Positions 12,450-25,838 of a stretch of 64,000 nt of DNA are shown here, one piece after another (the first letter of the stretch is position 1; each line of letters starts with the position of its first letter). Under the pieces are notes generated by a model. The model had not been told where the DNA came from and searched no databases. It was given only the letters and a program-made list of their open reading frames with translations. Made by a program: the position numbers and the translations under genes. The DNA comes from Gordius albopunctatus (Eukaryota): contig OZ193909.1 of the NCBI GenBank assembly GCA_964276515.1, forward strand, positions 8,804,001 to 8,868,000, given 5' to 3'.

Positions 12450-12822
12450 TGTCACGTTCAGTGAGGGGACATTGTAACAATTGCGTTCAGTTAGGAGATT
12501 TAATTACCTTGAGAGAGGAGGGGAGAGTATAAAAGATGGAACATTTGCGTTCATTGAGGGAATCTAATTACTGTGAGAGGGGACAGAAGAGTGTAAGCTT
12601 GCCACCGACCCCGACATCAGACAAATCCAATATTTTAATGTAATTACTAGCAAGAGCTTTTCGGCAATATTATATAAGACAGTGACATCTAAGACACTTT
12701 TACTATAATAACTTAGAAGCTACAACATCGAGCCTAAACTACTTAGGTAATATATTTTAGAATCAAGATAACTAAAGGGTAAAATTGGAAGGAGGAAATT
12801 TGTCGGAACAGACAACGTGACA
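12450..12822. mobile_element. Possible solo LTR or short-TIR element
   Basis: Ends TGTCACGTT...AACGTGACA (9-bp perfect inverted repeat, TG..CA); internal TATATAAG near 12671; no TSD seen. Confidence 0.4.
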
Positions 12823-15680
12823 CGAATTACATTGGGTAAGACGATGACGACGAAAACAACGGGTCCAGGATGTATGTTGTGTATATGCGATGGATAAAAG
12901 GCTGCCCAAGAGGCGAATATGTTATAGCGCAGGGAATCAGCTTTGGTTCGATGTATTTTAATACATATCTGCCATTTAATAATTTGGTTTATAAAAGCAT
13001 GTTAATATTATCAAACATTCAAAGTAAAAATCCTTGGCACACAATTAGATTAATATAGTTAAACTAAAAAAGTGAGATAACAACGAGGTAATCAGCTAGA
13101 AAAGACGCTGATGATGTCTCACGACAGATGTTGGGAAGAAAAGGGTAGACGAGGGACAATTAAAAACGCAATGATGGCGAAATAACAAAATGGTTAAAAA
13201 AAGAGCTAAGAGGCCAATAAAGAGATAGACGTGAGAATATAAAATGGACAAACAAAAATTAGTCAAATATAGAGTTTATTTTTCGACTGGAAAAAAAGTG
13301 AACAACTTAGATAAGAATGATTGTTTATAAAACACAAGCTATCAATTTTTTTGAATTTTCCTACAGGGTTATTCTTTACATTTGCAATTCTACATTCTCT
13401 TCCGCATACTAGCGGGGAAAAAAGTGGATTAATCATAGCTTTTGAAAAGGATCGCTCTTTCCTTCTCGTTGATTCGCATGCAACTTACTCATTTCTCTAT
13501 TTTGTATCTGTTTTCGCCACTCATGCATTTGACCCTGAGCTTTTTTATATTCTGGTATTTCTTGTCGAATTTATCCATTTATTTTTTTATTTTTTAATAA
13601 TAGACCAACAAACTCCTAAAAAGAAAAAGCTTAGCCAAATCAAATCATAGAATGGTATCTTAATCAAAAAAATTGTTAATTTTATAAAGTTTAGAATAAA
13701 AAATTTATTGATCAGTTTAATAACATTGGAAAATCGTTCATTCTAATTTTTCTTGAAAATTTTGTAATGTATACCCATACTTTTTACAAATTTTTTACCT
13801 TCGTAAACAATATTTTTTATGGATTTATATACATATATTGTCAAAAAATGTTATAGTAAAACATCAAAAGATTTAAAATAAAAAAGACAAGTACAAACTG
13901 GTAATCAATATTTTATTCAAACGTATATAAATGTATTATTTTACATGGATCAATTTAATCAAGGTCACAGGCTGTTCATCTAAAAATTTTCTCTGCCGAG
14001 AGTTTTTGGCATAGTCTATTATTCATTAAATATTTTGAAATAACGATATATTTAATAATTTTGTAATTTCAACATAGGGACTCCCATCTTAAGCTTAATT
14101 AACTGATTCGGGCTTCCTTATCCAGCTAAACCCCTGGGTAGGCCACGGTGTCCCGAAACCGCGTTGCCATGCCTACCCACATCAGGCCTAGCTGCCTCTT
14201 GACGCCCATTCTATTGGGTGCGTCCCGTGAAGATTTTTAAGGCCCAGCCTTCTTTCCCTTATCTCGAACATGATCGGTTGCAGTCTTGCGGTACATTCGC
14301 CTCGTATTGCTTTCACATGCACTTTGACCACGATTCAATCAGTCACGTATTCCATCTTGATATAAATAAAAAAGGATTATTATATGATTCTAGAGTGTAA
14401 TTGTTTAGCATGACTTATATGTCGACCTGGAGAAGCTAGTACTTATTTCCCCCATATTTTTGCTTTAGGATTGTCGCCTCTAGCCACTTTTGCTTTCTTA
14501 TATAATTACAGTCCCATATCGGCATGACCTATTTTAAATTTTGCCTCGTCGGGTGCTGTCGTGTTTAGCCGAGCCGTTTGTAACAATCTATCAACGGGAG
14601 TGTGATGTAAACGGCCTAAATACCTCGCTAATCGGTTGTTGAGAGGGAATCACGTGGCCACGCTATGGTATAGCCAATAAAGCCATGTGCAATCCTTTTC
14701 GACTTTAGCGTTTTTTAACTATCGTTTCACCACAGTCACTTGCACTTCCGGAAAAATTCTATTTTCTTATATAAAATACAAGGAAAGTTAAATTTTATCT
14801 ACATCTTAGTTCATTAATTCATCAATATCTCAACCCGCATCGGAAATGTTAAAGATATTTATACACGAGATCCCATGGGCATGGCCAATTAAATAAGCTA
14901 GGGCATTTAAGTAGGGCAAAAAATGTTTTTTAGATCAAGAATTTTACGATTTGGAGGGGGGGGGGGTAGCTGCCCATCCTTGCCTCCCCATTTATGCCCT
15001 CTAGCAATATTGAGTGAATTAATTTAATATTATGTAAGATTATTTATATATATACTCACTAGATGAACCCGACAAACGTTGTTTTGCCATTTACCCGGGT
15101 GTATTAAATTATGTTGGAATTTTAGGGCATATATGATGATTAAGCGGTTATTGAAGTAAAAATAAAGTTTGATTTCTATATGTTCTACTTCTATTGTTCT
15201 ATTTCCGTATAATAGATTAAGAATATATCAAATATAATTGGTAAGTGTTTATTATGCAAAAATTTTTAAACAAATAGTTAAAGAGGGTCCAAGGCCCAGG
15301 CCTACCCAAGAGAGAAAACCTGGCCCCATGGCCCCCCTCCCCCAAGGGAAAAATCTTTGGCCCCCTGGCCCTTCAAGCAATTTTTTTTTAATTTTTTTTG
15401 TAATTAAGAAACAATATCATAATTATTTGTTTCTGAATAAAACTTTTAATTCTTAACATAATAATGTCCATTGGCACTTTGCTAAAAGTATTTTCATTTT
15501 CCTCCTTATTTAACGCGCAAAAATGATAAAATGAGATTTTTTCATTTATTTATCCACGCAGGAGGGGAAACGACCGTCCTATAATAATAATTGACGTGAA
15601 AAATAAGCAAAAAAATGACTTTGATTTAATATTTCAAATCGTAAAATGTTTCCATTTTCCACAGCACATGCCTACATTTA

Positions 15681-17431
15681 TAGTGTTGCGATCTCGTCTC
15701 GTCTCGTCTCGGTCTCGAAAGCAAAATCTCGTCTCGTCTCGGGTGCAATTATTAAAATATCAATCTCGTCTCGTCTCGGCCTAGAAAAATCTCGTCGTCT
15801 CGACTTTTAAAAATAATTATATAAATATATTTTTTTCTGACTCTTATAAATTATTATATAAGATATAAATTGGTCATAATGGAACCAATTTTTTATCTCA
15901 AACCCCAAAACACAAGCTAGATGGGTATCTTAAGGCAGGAAGCACTATTGGATGTGTTATATATACTACTTGCCTCGAAGGTATAAAGTTGCTAAACAAT
16001 AACTTTCATTTCCTGGCTAAGGCTCAATAAAAGAATAAAGTTTAATAATATCATCATATTTTAACATAATGAATTTATTGAGATCTTATATAATAACGTT
16101 AAAATGATCACAAAAATGCGAGAGTAAACTTTTGAAGATATCATTATTAATAACATTGTAAATACAATAAAATAGGCATTTTTGTTGGAAGAACATAACA
16201 GTTTGAGATCTTACGTCATAGGCGTACAGAAGGGGGTAGTAAAACGGACCCCTTGGCAAAAATTAATAATTTTTTTATTAAAAAATAACATCTTTTCAGA
16301 TTGAAAGTTTTTAGCCTATAGCTGTGTTGACTCAAAATGACATTTATAAATAAATACCGATATATACTTTTTTTATTTTTGAATTGAATTTTGACAAAAA
16401 TCCAATTAACCATTATTCTCTTTTTCCGCTATCGTTTATTCACTTGGATTACAATGAAAAAAAGGATTTAGAGCATTATTTCCCTATAAAATTATTTGAT
16501 CCTTCTACATCTAAACCTAGTAATTCGTTGATCTATTGATAAATATAAATACAAAAGCGGTGTATAAAAATTGTCGCTATAAAACAATTTTTTATTTTCT
16601 TTTGCCAAAAGATAAGATATCAAGAATTTCATCAGGAGTTAAAGCTAACTCCCGATGAATCGTTAAAAGCTTGAGCTACTAAAATTTATTTTAAAGATTT
16701 AATAAGCCTGCAACTATATCAGTAAAAAGTGAAAAGCATTATTAATAATATTGGTGGATAGAAAAATACGCCCTTCGGGCATACCTGGGGGCTTCGCCCA
16801 CAGACCCCCGTTGGGGGCTCTACCCCCAAACCCCCATCTTCTGGGGGCTCCGCCTTATAAATAATTTATTAAAATAAAAATGCTTTTAAAAAAATTGGAT
16901 ACCCCCTTGAGAAAATCCTGGCTACGCGCTTGTCTTACGTTAATTGCACATATATAACTTAAAATATAAAATTTTCTTTAAACCACAATTTACAATGTTC
17001 TCCATTTTATTTGATTTATCCTTGAATACTGTGAAATGTTTGAGCAGCTTGCTCTTTTTTGTGTTGGATGATGAACTTGTTGCGCATAAACTCATTATAG
17101 GTCTAAATAATTTTATATTATATAAGCTATACAAATAAGGAACAAATACCCCAAGGGCTACTAACACTATGTCTATTAAGATTATATTACAAATTTGAAA
17201 TTTGCGCAAAGCGCATAATGTAATTACTATCAAAAGTTTCAAAATCATATTAATTTGCATTAAATACCCTAAATTTAAATCTCATAAAACAAAAATTCTT
17301 AATTAGCTAAATGAAAACTTAATAGATAAAAATTAAATTCGAGATCTCGCCGATAAAATCTCGTCTCGTCCCGTCTCGGTTTTTTGAGACGAGACGAGAC
17401 CGAGATTTTTCTTGGGGTTTCCGCATCACTA
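15681..17431. mobile_element. Non-autonomous hAT element nested in the Helitron
   Basis: TIR TAGTGTTGCG / CGCATCACTA; subterminal GTCTC arrays; perfect 8-bp TSD TACATTTA at 15673-15680 and 17432-17439. Confidence 0.85.
16217..16932. mobile_element. Non-autonomous hAT element nested in the previous element; related to 57926-59646
   Basis: Termini CATAGGCGTA / TACGCGCTTG; perfect 8-bp TSD TCTTACGT at 16209-16216 and 16933-16940; long blocks shared with 57926-59646. Confidence 0.88.
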
Positions 17432-20015
17432 TACATTTATCACACTACACTACCTACACGCATGACGATCTAGAAAATTCTATAAGTGATACACTTTTAT
17501 TATAGAACTGTATATTCAAATTTTCAAAGAAGACGATAGATACGCAGTACGTCATGAGGTTGCATTTGATTGACATTTTATTAAACGTCAAAACGTATAA
17601 AACCGGGAAATATCCGATATTTTTAAAACGAAAAGGTATTTTAGGAATCTGAAAAAGCTATTTTACTCCTGGCCATCCTGGGAACATACGAGTAAAATTT
17701 CGCGCTAATCGTGTCGGTAGTTTTAGAATTTAGCCCTACACACATGCACTTTACTTTATATATATAGATTCCTCCTTATTAAACATATATTGTTTTTTCA
17801 GATATACTTGGTATTTATTTATATAAAATACCAGGAGTCAACTTAATTGTCAATTCTAAATAGCAAAAACTTTACCGTGTTGAATTTCTTCAAATACCAA
17901 ACGCACAGAATAATTATTTTTAATATTATCTTCCTTTCTTAAGGGCGCCCTAAAGATGTTTATTTTTTTTATAAAAAATGTATTTAATATCTATAGGAGT
18001 TGATAAAGAGGGGGGGGGAATAATGTAGCGTTGAGTATACGCGGCACATGATAGTTGCTATTAGGAGGGTATGGAGCGTAATGTTAAACAGGAGAGGACA
18101 AGTTCAGGATATTTTTTGTATCAAGGATTTTTGTAAAAATTGCAAAGCAATTATTATAGCTAACCACATTTTATTACTACTATCCACAATAGGATGTCAG
18201 TGTATCAAAAATAAATTGCATAGCAATTGATAGTGATAACATAATTGAAATCATTAGGCTCAGTTTTTTGGGAAATATCTAGCTTAGCAAAATTATTAGC
18301 GAGTAAACAATCGTAAAAGGTAACGGTAGCCGACTAATAATCTTCCACTTTATTTTCGACTAATCCGCTGCAATTCCATTTAATAAATTGCAAGTTTTTA
18401 TCGATACTCATTAAGCTAACTTAAAAAAATATTAGTACAAGTTTGTAACAATTACAACATGTTTTGCTATCTATAAGATTTGAGCATATGATATACGAAA
18501 CATTATTCTATCTTATAGGGTTGATGACATTCTTTCGTCAATATCTTACACCATTCAATGAAAAAGTTAGGTATCGTCTTAAAATGCGTTTAAATATTTA
18601 AAAGTCAGTTATAATAGATTTTAGAGGTCAGACATTCTCAGAGCTAAATATTTTGCGTAATAATCACATTTTTGACAATTTTTTTAAAAGGAATATACCT
18701 CAAGTTGAATTTAAATAACCTCTATTCTATCCTTTTTATATAGCTAATATACTTTTACCGATCTTCAATAATAAAACCAATTTTTTAAGATGCTATTTCT
18801 TTTAATATTTGGCATTTGTAATTTTAAAAGATACGACGACTCCCGATAGAGTTGTTAAATTGCTAACTTTCTTCAACTCCAGATATCATCTGCTCGAGTT
18901 TCTGCTCGGCCCTCGAGCATTTTTATGTTACTGTTCTGCCTAGTGCACCAAACAGCGAGCACATATTGTGCTAACGCGCATATTAAGTAACTAAGTGTGC
19001 GTGCTCGTGTCTGGAGTTTGAAGAAAGTTACCAATTTAACAACTCTAACTCCCGAAGTCTTATATCGAAATTCTGCATCCAAGAGTTGACTAAATTGAAA
19101 CGAAATTTTTCTGCATAACTCGATATTAGTAATTACAAAACCAAACTGGATGCAGCGTGACATAATTTTTTTACTCCGAACTCAACTCATCTCTAAATAA
19201 AAATATATATTGTTTTATTGTGAGTAAAATTGCTAAATAAATTTCTTAAATTTTTGGCAATTTTGCCTGCATAAAATTTTATTTCCATATTATTTATAAC
19301 TCAAACTCAATTTAAATAAAATTTTTACTTAAAACAAATGGTCTCATAATAATCTTTATTTAAACCCACTACGAGTTTTGTGTCAACCAGTCTGTCGACG
19401 CTGCTTACACAATTCTCAAAAAGCCCCTAATTAATAACCCACTGACTAAATTATATTTAGGAAATCTTTACAATTTTCTTGATACCCAAAACAGGTTTGT
19501 CCACCATTTTAATGATGCGTTCATAAAATAAATAGATTTCTTTAGCTATACCCTAAAATAAAAAGGCTAAGCGGACACATGCAAACCAAATATAAATAGG
19601 TTAGGATTAGCTCTCAGAAATTAGAGATAGATCATATTTATTAATATCCCAATCTATTGTTAATATTATAATTATAGCTTTTTAATAAATTTTTGAATCC
19701 CACAAATTCTAGAAAGTACTCTTTACATAATTTTAAATGAAGAATATATATATATTATAACAATTTAATAACTTTATACATGATTGTCTACATATGTGCT
19801 CAAATAATGTTGATGATATAAGTATTTTATATGAATACGAAAATTTTATACTTAATAGTTGGTTACATGTGTGCTCATAGAACATATGATTGGTAATTGT
19901 TTGTAAATAAATTAATTGGTACTTGAATATTACCTTTTTGTTTCAATGTTATACCCTATTTTAACGTCAATAATCTAAGTGACAACAAATTATATTTACA
20001 TTTTCTAGGCCTGAT

Positions 20016-23000
20016 ATGCCTGCCTATAAGATAAGCTCTAGCAAAAAAATTACATATACAAAAGTATATATTTTCCATTTATAAAAAATATATTTAGGGT
20101 GAACTTTTTGACATCTCAAAGTCTCCATTGTCTCAACAAATTCCTAAATGTTTTCAATCAAAGTAGTTATTTTTATTTTATATATACATAAATTTATAGC
20201 CTTCTCAATGATATACCTTTAAGGAGAAGCAAAAATTGTAGCAATTACAATTATAAAGCTACATTTGCTTCCAGAAAAAACATTGGTAATAAAATAAATT
20301 ATATAATTTTTTAGTAATTTTTTAATAGATGATTCTGTGGGCAAAAAAGATTTTTCTGATAATTTCTCAGACCACTTTAATCAAGATAATTATGAAAAGG
20401 GGCAGAAATTTGCTAAAAATTCTTTTAATCATAACAAGCCCTTTAAATATGAGCATGATAATCTATATCAAAATAAACCTCAAAAAAGTTATTGCAAACC
20501 CACACCATTTGTGCGGGATTATGAGAAACGCAGGTATATAAAAATTCTCATAAAAATGATTATTTAGATTTGAACCAAATTTGTATGGCAATTCAAAAGG
20601 CTACAAATCTAGTGAACCGGAATGGTTTAGTGAAGGTCCTTTTAGTCATTTAGATAAAATGGAGTTAAAAGGGTTTGAAGATGGCCAAAACAGTCCTGAA
20701 AATGATAGTCATGAGTTTGAAAAAAATTTATTTAGGCAAAATCTAACAAATGAAAATGATGTTAAGAGTCAAAAAAGTATGAGATTTAAAAATATGTGAT
20801 TTAAAAAATAGAAAATACATATTTTTTAAGAGTCTTTGAATAATTAAAGTTTGTTTGATAACTCATGATATAAATTTGATTATTATTGATTTTAATATTT
20901 TTTAGATGAAGCTGCCACCAAAAACACTATAATTGAACCTTCTTCCCTTTTAAAAAGTTTACCTGAGGAGGTAATTGACCAAATTCAATTGGAAAATAAT
21001 GGTTTTGAAAAACAGCCATCTCTTATTGTATGCATTATTTTTAACTTTTATAATCCACATTTATGTTAGGAAAGGAAAGAAAGCCGTTTCCATGCTTTGT
21101 TTGAAAATAAGGGTAATTAATCTTTCATCCAAAAATTGACATGATTATTATATATTTTTCATTTTATAGTGCAGTCCACTTCGTCTTCAAATATATCAGG
21201 TATAATAATCAAATTATTATCTTAATTTCAACCTTAAGATGCTTTCAAGTCATTGTGTGGGACAACCTCACTATCAACAGTTACTGAAACAGCGCCTATG
21301 ACTCCATTTGAAAAATTAGTATTGGCGGTTAAAAAGCAAGAAGCTAATCCAAAGGTATAATATAATGTAATATAATATTAACTCATTTTGCTAGGCCTTA
21401 AACTTTGCCTCACAACCAGAAGATGCTATAACGGAAGAAGATATATTAAGGGAGATACAAACATCAACTCAATGCAACACAAATTCCTATGGCTTGTTTA
21501 CCTCAAACTTTACTACAAATCACAATACAAATTCTTTCAACGTACACCCTTAAATTAATAATTAATTATAAATTTTAGGAATTCAATAAAGTTTATCCCA
21601 AAGCTTCAGGGAAAGAGCCGATTAATGAAGCCACATTTAACATGCTCTCTAGTAAATCAATATTTTACAATATTTTAACATGATTTTAAAAAGTGATTGC
21701 ATCTTCTGCCAATACCCCCTGGGCAGGCAATTTGGGAAAGTTTAATGAGCCAATGGATGCCACCAAAAATGTGGTAAATCATTTTTATTCCAACATCCAT
21801 CAGTACCCCAAAGCTGCCTACCAAAATGCTGGGGATTTTTCAGGAGGTGGAAATAAAGGGCAAAATGATTTTTACCAAACTCCCTCTAACTTTCCAAATA
21901 TAATGTTGCCACCAGTGGCTCCTGGCTCTGGCCCTTGGTAAAAATTTATAGCTGAAAACTATTAATAAATTATACAAATTATTTTTTGACTTTCCCTGGG
22001 CGAATTTATGTCTTATAATTACTTTTAAATATTTTTAATTTGGTATTGTCATAAATATTTTCAAGTGGGTGAATTATATCATTCAGTCATTGTTGATGGA
22101 TGATTAGTAGTCGTTCTGAATGCATTAATAGAGAGACACTCTGGAGTTTTTTAGCTATACTATGTACGCCGTATGAAAAGAATTATTTTATATAGAATTG
22201 GGTTTATTTTAATCATATTTATATTCAGTTAATTGGCTTGGGATTTATTTTATTAATTTTTGTCCAATCACGGCTCGTAACCCTAGCGGGCCAGGTCGGT
22301 CTGCTCGATTAAAAGGTAAAGAAAATCGACTAATAATCTTGAAAACGTTATATTATAAGGGTAGATTTCGATTATTTTTTTGTTTATTTCAAAATAAAAT
22401 ATGTATTAAGTTTTCCTTGTATCGATGTGGGGATGCATACGCTGTTGACCTCTTAAATAAATCATACCCTGTCTGGCCAAACAAGAGCATAGCCCCCCTC
22501 TAACTTGAGAAATTTATTATAATTATAACTAAATTCCGATATATAATTATTTTGAACGTCCTAAAGCATTATTACCCCCCCCCCCTCCCTCCCTTCTAGT
22601 TCCAATCCCGGCTGTGCCCATTTGGCGAAAGATTTTCTTGGTTTATAATTTACTCTCCAATTAAGTTTTGGCTTAAATGAAATAGTGGCATAATTTCGGG
22701 ATAAAATTAACAACAAAATCTTTAGACAGGCTTTTAGGGACAGTCAAACAATGACAGTGTATTGCTAGGGGCTAATGTTTAAAATAATTAACTATGAAAA
22801 AATCATAATTATATGATAATATTAAAGAATACAAAAACGAAATAATTATAAATGAAATGATTGAAAGGCATCGTCATTTTCTTCATCTCCTTTGAGAATG
22901 GACAAACAACCATCAGGTATAAGAAATAGATTTTGCAATAGCTATGTGGCGTTAATTGCCTTAGTTCGAGGTTGGTGAGCGTTTATTGAGTTCTTTACAA

Positions 23001-24747
23001 AAAGTTGAAGCACTGCCATCCATGCCTTTTTCAATCTTGTTGTCGACCTCTTAGGTATGATTACAACCAAAATTCGCAACATTACCAACGACTAAAGATG
23101 TTGGCCATTGCCGCGGCGACGGCCACAATTAATAACCAGCAACCACCCGTTAATCCTATGGGATTGTTTTTGAACGCGCCCATCCCTTGCCAACCTACCC
23201 CAGTTTTTTCCTCGGGGTCCTATGCTTACCATAATAACCAACAGTCAAATGTGCCTAAACCGTAAAAATTATTAAATTATATTATGTTGTTAAGACTATT
23301 GACTTTTCATCTGAGTTTAGCGATTTTTAGTTTTGATTTTGCGTCCAAAAAGTCATCCACCCAATTTGCGTTTAGTCTAGCGCCATAACCTGTCTGCATA
23401 TATCTAATTAGTTATGCATGCAATCCTTATTTGCAAGCTTAACCGAACGTGCATCTCTCGAGTTTTTAAGTAGCGCATTGCGGTGGATCTGATTTGTATT
23501 TTTTAAACTATATAAGGCATATTAGCTTAGATACATACTTAAATTTACCACTATTTAATTACCAAAAAATGTATTGTTGTACGAGGTAAATTATTTTGTA
23601 TAACTATTTTTGTGTAAGCAGACCCTAACACCAGTCTTATTAATTATTTACACGAATTTATAATTAATTTAAATTTGAATATGGTCAGATTTTAAGATAG
23701 TTTTTAGATTTTGTTATCTAGTATTATAATTTGCCTTCAAGGGTGCGCTTCAGAAGCTAGTAACAAATCCACTTTTATTTAAAAGTTTCTTGAAAATGGA
23801 CGTTGCATAGGCTTAAATGCGTTTTCTGAAAAACAATTGTCCTAATTTTATATATATCGTTTTAGATGACTCTATCTTTTTGCTTTAGCTATAGTGGTGA
23901 ATCAAATAAAATGAATAGCCATGTTCATGAAGAAAGGTCTCAATCTCTTAATCTCATGGAAAAGGTAACATTTTATCAATTACCTACTATTTTTTCCATT
24001 TTTAGGCGACATCCTTAACGCCTACTGCTGTATTTCGTCAATTGGTTTCCAGTACTTTGCTACCAACTAAAATTGGTAGTTTATAAAATCTTCTTTATTT
24101 ATTTGTCAATTATTGTATATAGATGAGAATTTAAAATTCAAAAATTACTCTAAGAGCCAAGCTAATCCCATTTTAGAGAACGTGGCTCACTCAACTTTCG
24201 TCAATAATGTACGTCACATTTATCATTCATAATTTAAAATATTTAGCCTGAAGTTATACCATCATCATATAAATCAATCCCCAAATCCGATATTATGAAT
24301 TTCGATAATGACATACAGCAAAGACAACAAATGCTTATGAACCTCCTAAAAAATAATAACGTGCCTAATCTATTGAATTATAGGTCACCAAATTTCGGAT
24401 TACAGCCTAATATGTCATCGCAAAACTTGCTTATGTTGCAGCACCAATACACGATGTTGTTGAATTTGTTGAATAGTTCCAATAACTTGGCACCGAATCA
24501 AAAGATTATTTTACAAAGTAATTACTATTTAATTTTAAAATCAATTTTAGTAGACTACTTTTACCAGCTAAATAGCGCTATCATGGCAGCCGGTCTTCAA
24601 CAATATTTCTTGGCCAACCCCTGCCTAATCCCCACTCTATCAACCAACTATTTCCAAAATATAATGAATCCACCCCATCTACAACCCTATGTTCCGACCA
24701 CTTCCACTCAAAACCCCCAGAGTCAGAATAAGGTTGATGAAGAATGA
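20016..24747 (+). CDS. EIF4ENIF1: eIF4E transporter (4E-T / Cup family), multi-exon
   Basis: Splicing out mini-introns (20064-20097, 20163-20199, 20286-20328, 20534-20567, 21028-21069, 21200-21238, 21355-21394, 21542-21578, 21652-21693 and others) gives one frame. It contains YTKGELF (YXXXXLphi 4E-binding motif), EPEWFSEGP..MELKGF (Cup-homology/DDX6-binding region), SRFHALF, PFEKLV, LTPTAVFRQL and a Q/N-rich C-terminus. Confidence 0.88.
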
Positions 24748-25838
24748 ATGCGTGCTTGTTCCTGTTTATAAAACTTGTGAGAATGCACTTGTACACATCG
24801 TTGTTATATTTGTTTTTGAGATACATGACATTTTGAAAATGCTCTCATATTTACTAACTATTAATTTTAATATATTCTGTTTGATACATCAAAATGTTGT
24901 TTGACAAAATTATGCAGCAAAATGTAATTAAGTTATTTTCATTATTAAAACTACAATATAACATTGAATCAACTTGTCTTTACTACCTGGGCAGTATTTT
25001 ATATTTTTTATAAATTAATAAAGCATAAGGGTAACATTATAATATATGACTTCTTTATCTTATTCAATAACCTTTTAATGGCACATTTAAATAGAGGTCG
25101 AATAGCACCTAAAATATTTAATATACAACTAACTCAAGATTTAGACTCGTCTCTTAATTATTTTTTTATAAGTTTAACCCCCAATTAAGAAAGTCCAAAA
25201 CGAAAATTTGTCGCACTTTAAGTTAAAACCTTAAATGTTAATGGTGTCAAAATATATAGACGACTCATTTCATTACGGTTTCGACAAAATTTATTTCTAG
25301 ACAAACTTGCCCCAATATTAAGACTTCGGGGTTGGTTATATAACAAGTATCTTAATTTTTATTAGCCCTGCGTTGGTCTTAAGGGTCAATATGACTCGAT
25401 ACATAAAGGTATTACAAAAATAAAGTTATACGGTGTAGAGCTCTACCTCAACAGATATGGAATATCTGTATAACAGGTCGTGTATTTTAGACCTATTGTT
25501 TTATGTGGCATTTTTACAAGTCTACATCATATAACCCAGTAAAACCAGTCGATAATTTTTTAAAGACATTTGTTGAATATTAGAGATAATTATCTTAATA
25601 TGGTTACGGTTTAAACTCCAATACTATCCTGGTAGGCCTTTTTTATAAACTTCCTATAGTTATTTACTGCTTATATATATTCAAGTGATGATTTTATTTA
25701 ATAATTACATGCTTTCTGAATTTTGATTTTATATAAATATTTTAGCTACTATTTTTGGCTTTTATTAGTGTTGTGGTTTAATCTCTATTACTCCTTCCTC
25801 CCCCCCCCTCGCTTTGTTAAACGCCGCGTGCTAATGCC

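Larger units (their letters stand above)
15059..17768 (-). mobile_element. Non-autonomous Helitron hosting nested insertions
   Basis: The minus strand starts A|TCTATATATA and ends with hairpin GGCAAA-ACAACG-TTTGTC followed by CTAG|T: canonical 5' TC, 3' CTAG, A-T insertion site, no TSD. Confidence 0.75.

Noticed and set aside
13105..13135. CTGATGA-TGTC-TCAC-GACA as a hammerhead ribozyme
   Set aside because: Stem II is followed by GATG rather than GAAA, and stems I and III cannot be formed convincingly.
14200..14340. Minus-strand IMFEIRERRL as a LINE 3' fragment
   Set aside because: Plausible but too short and degraded to call with boundaries.
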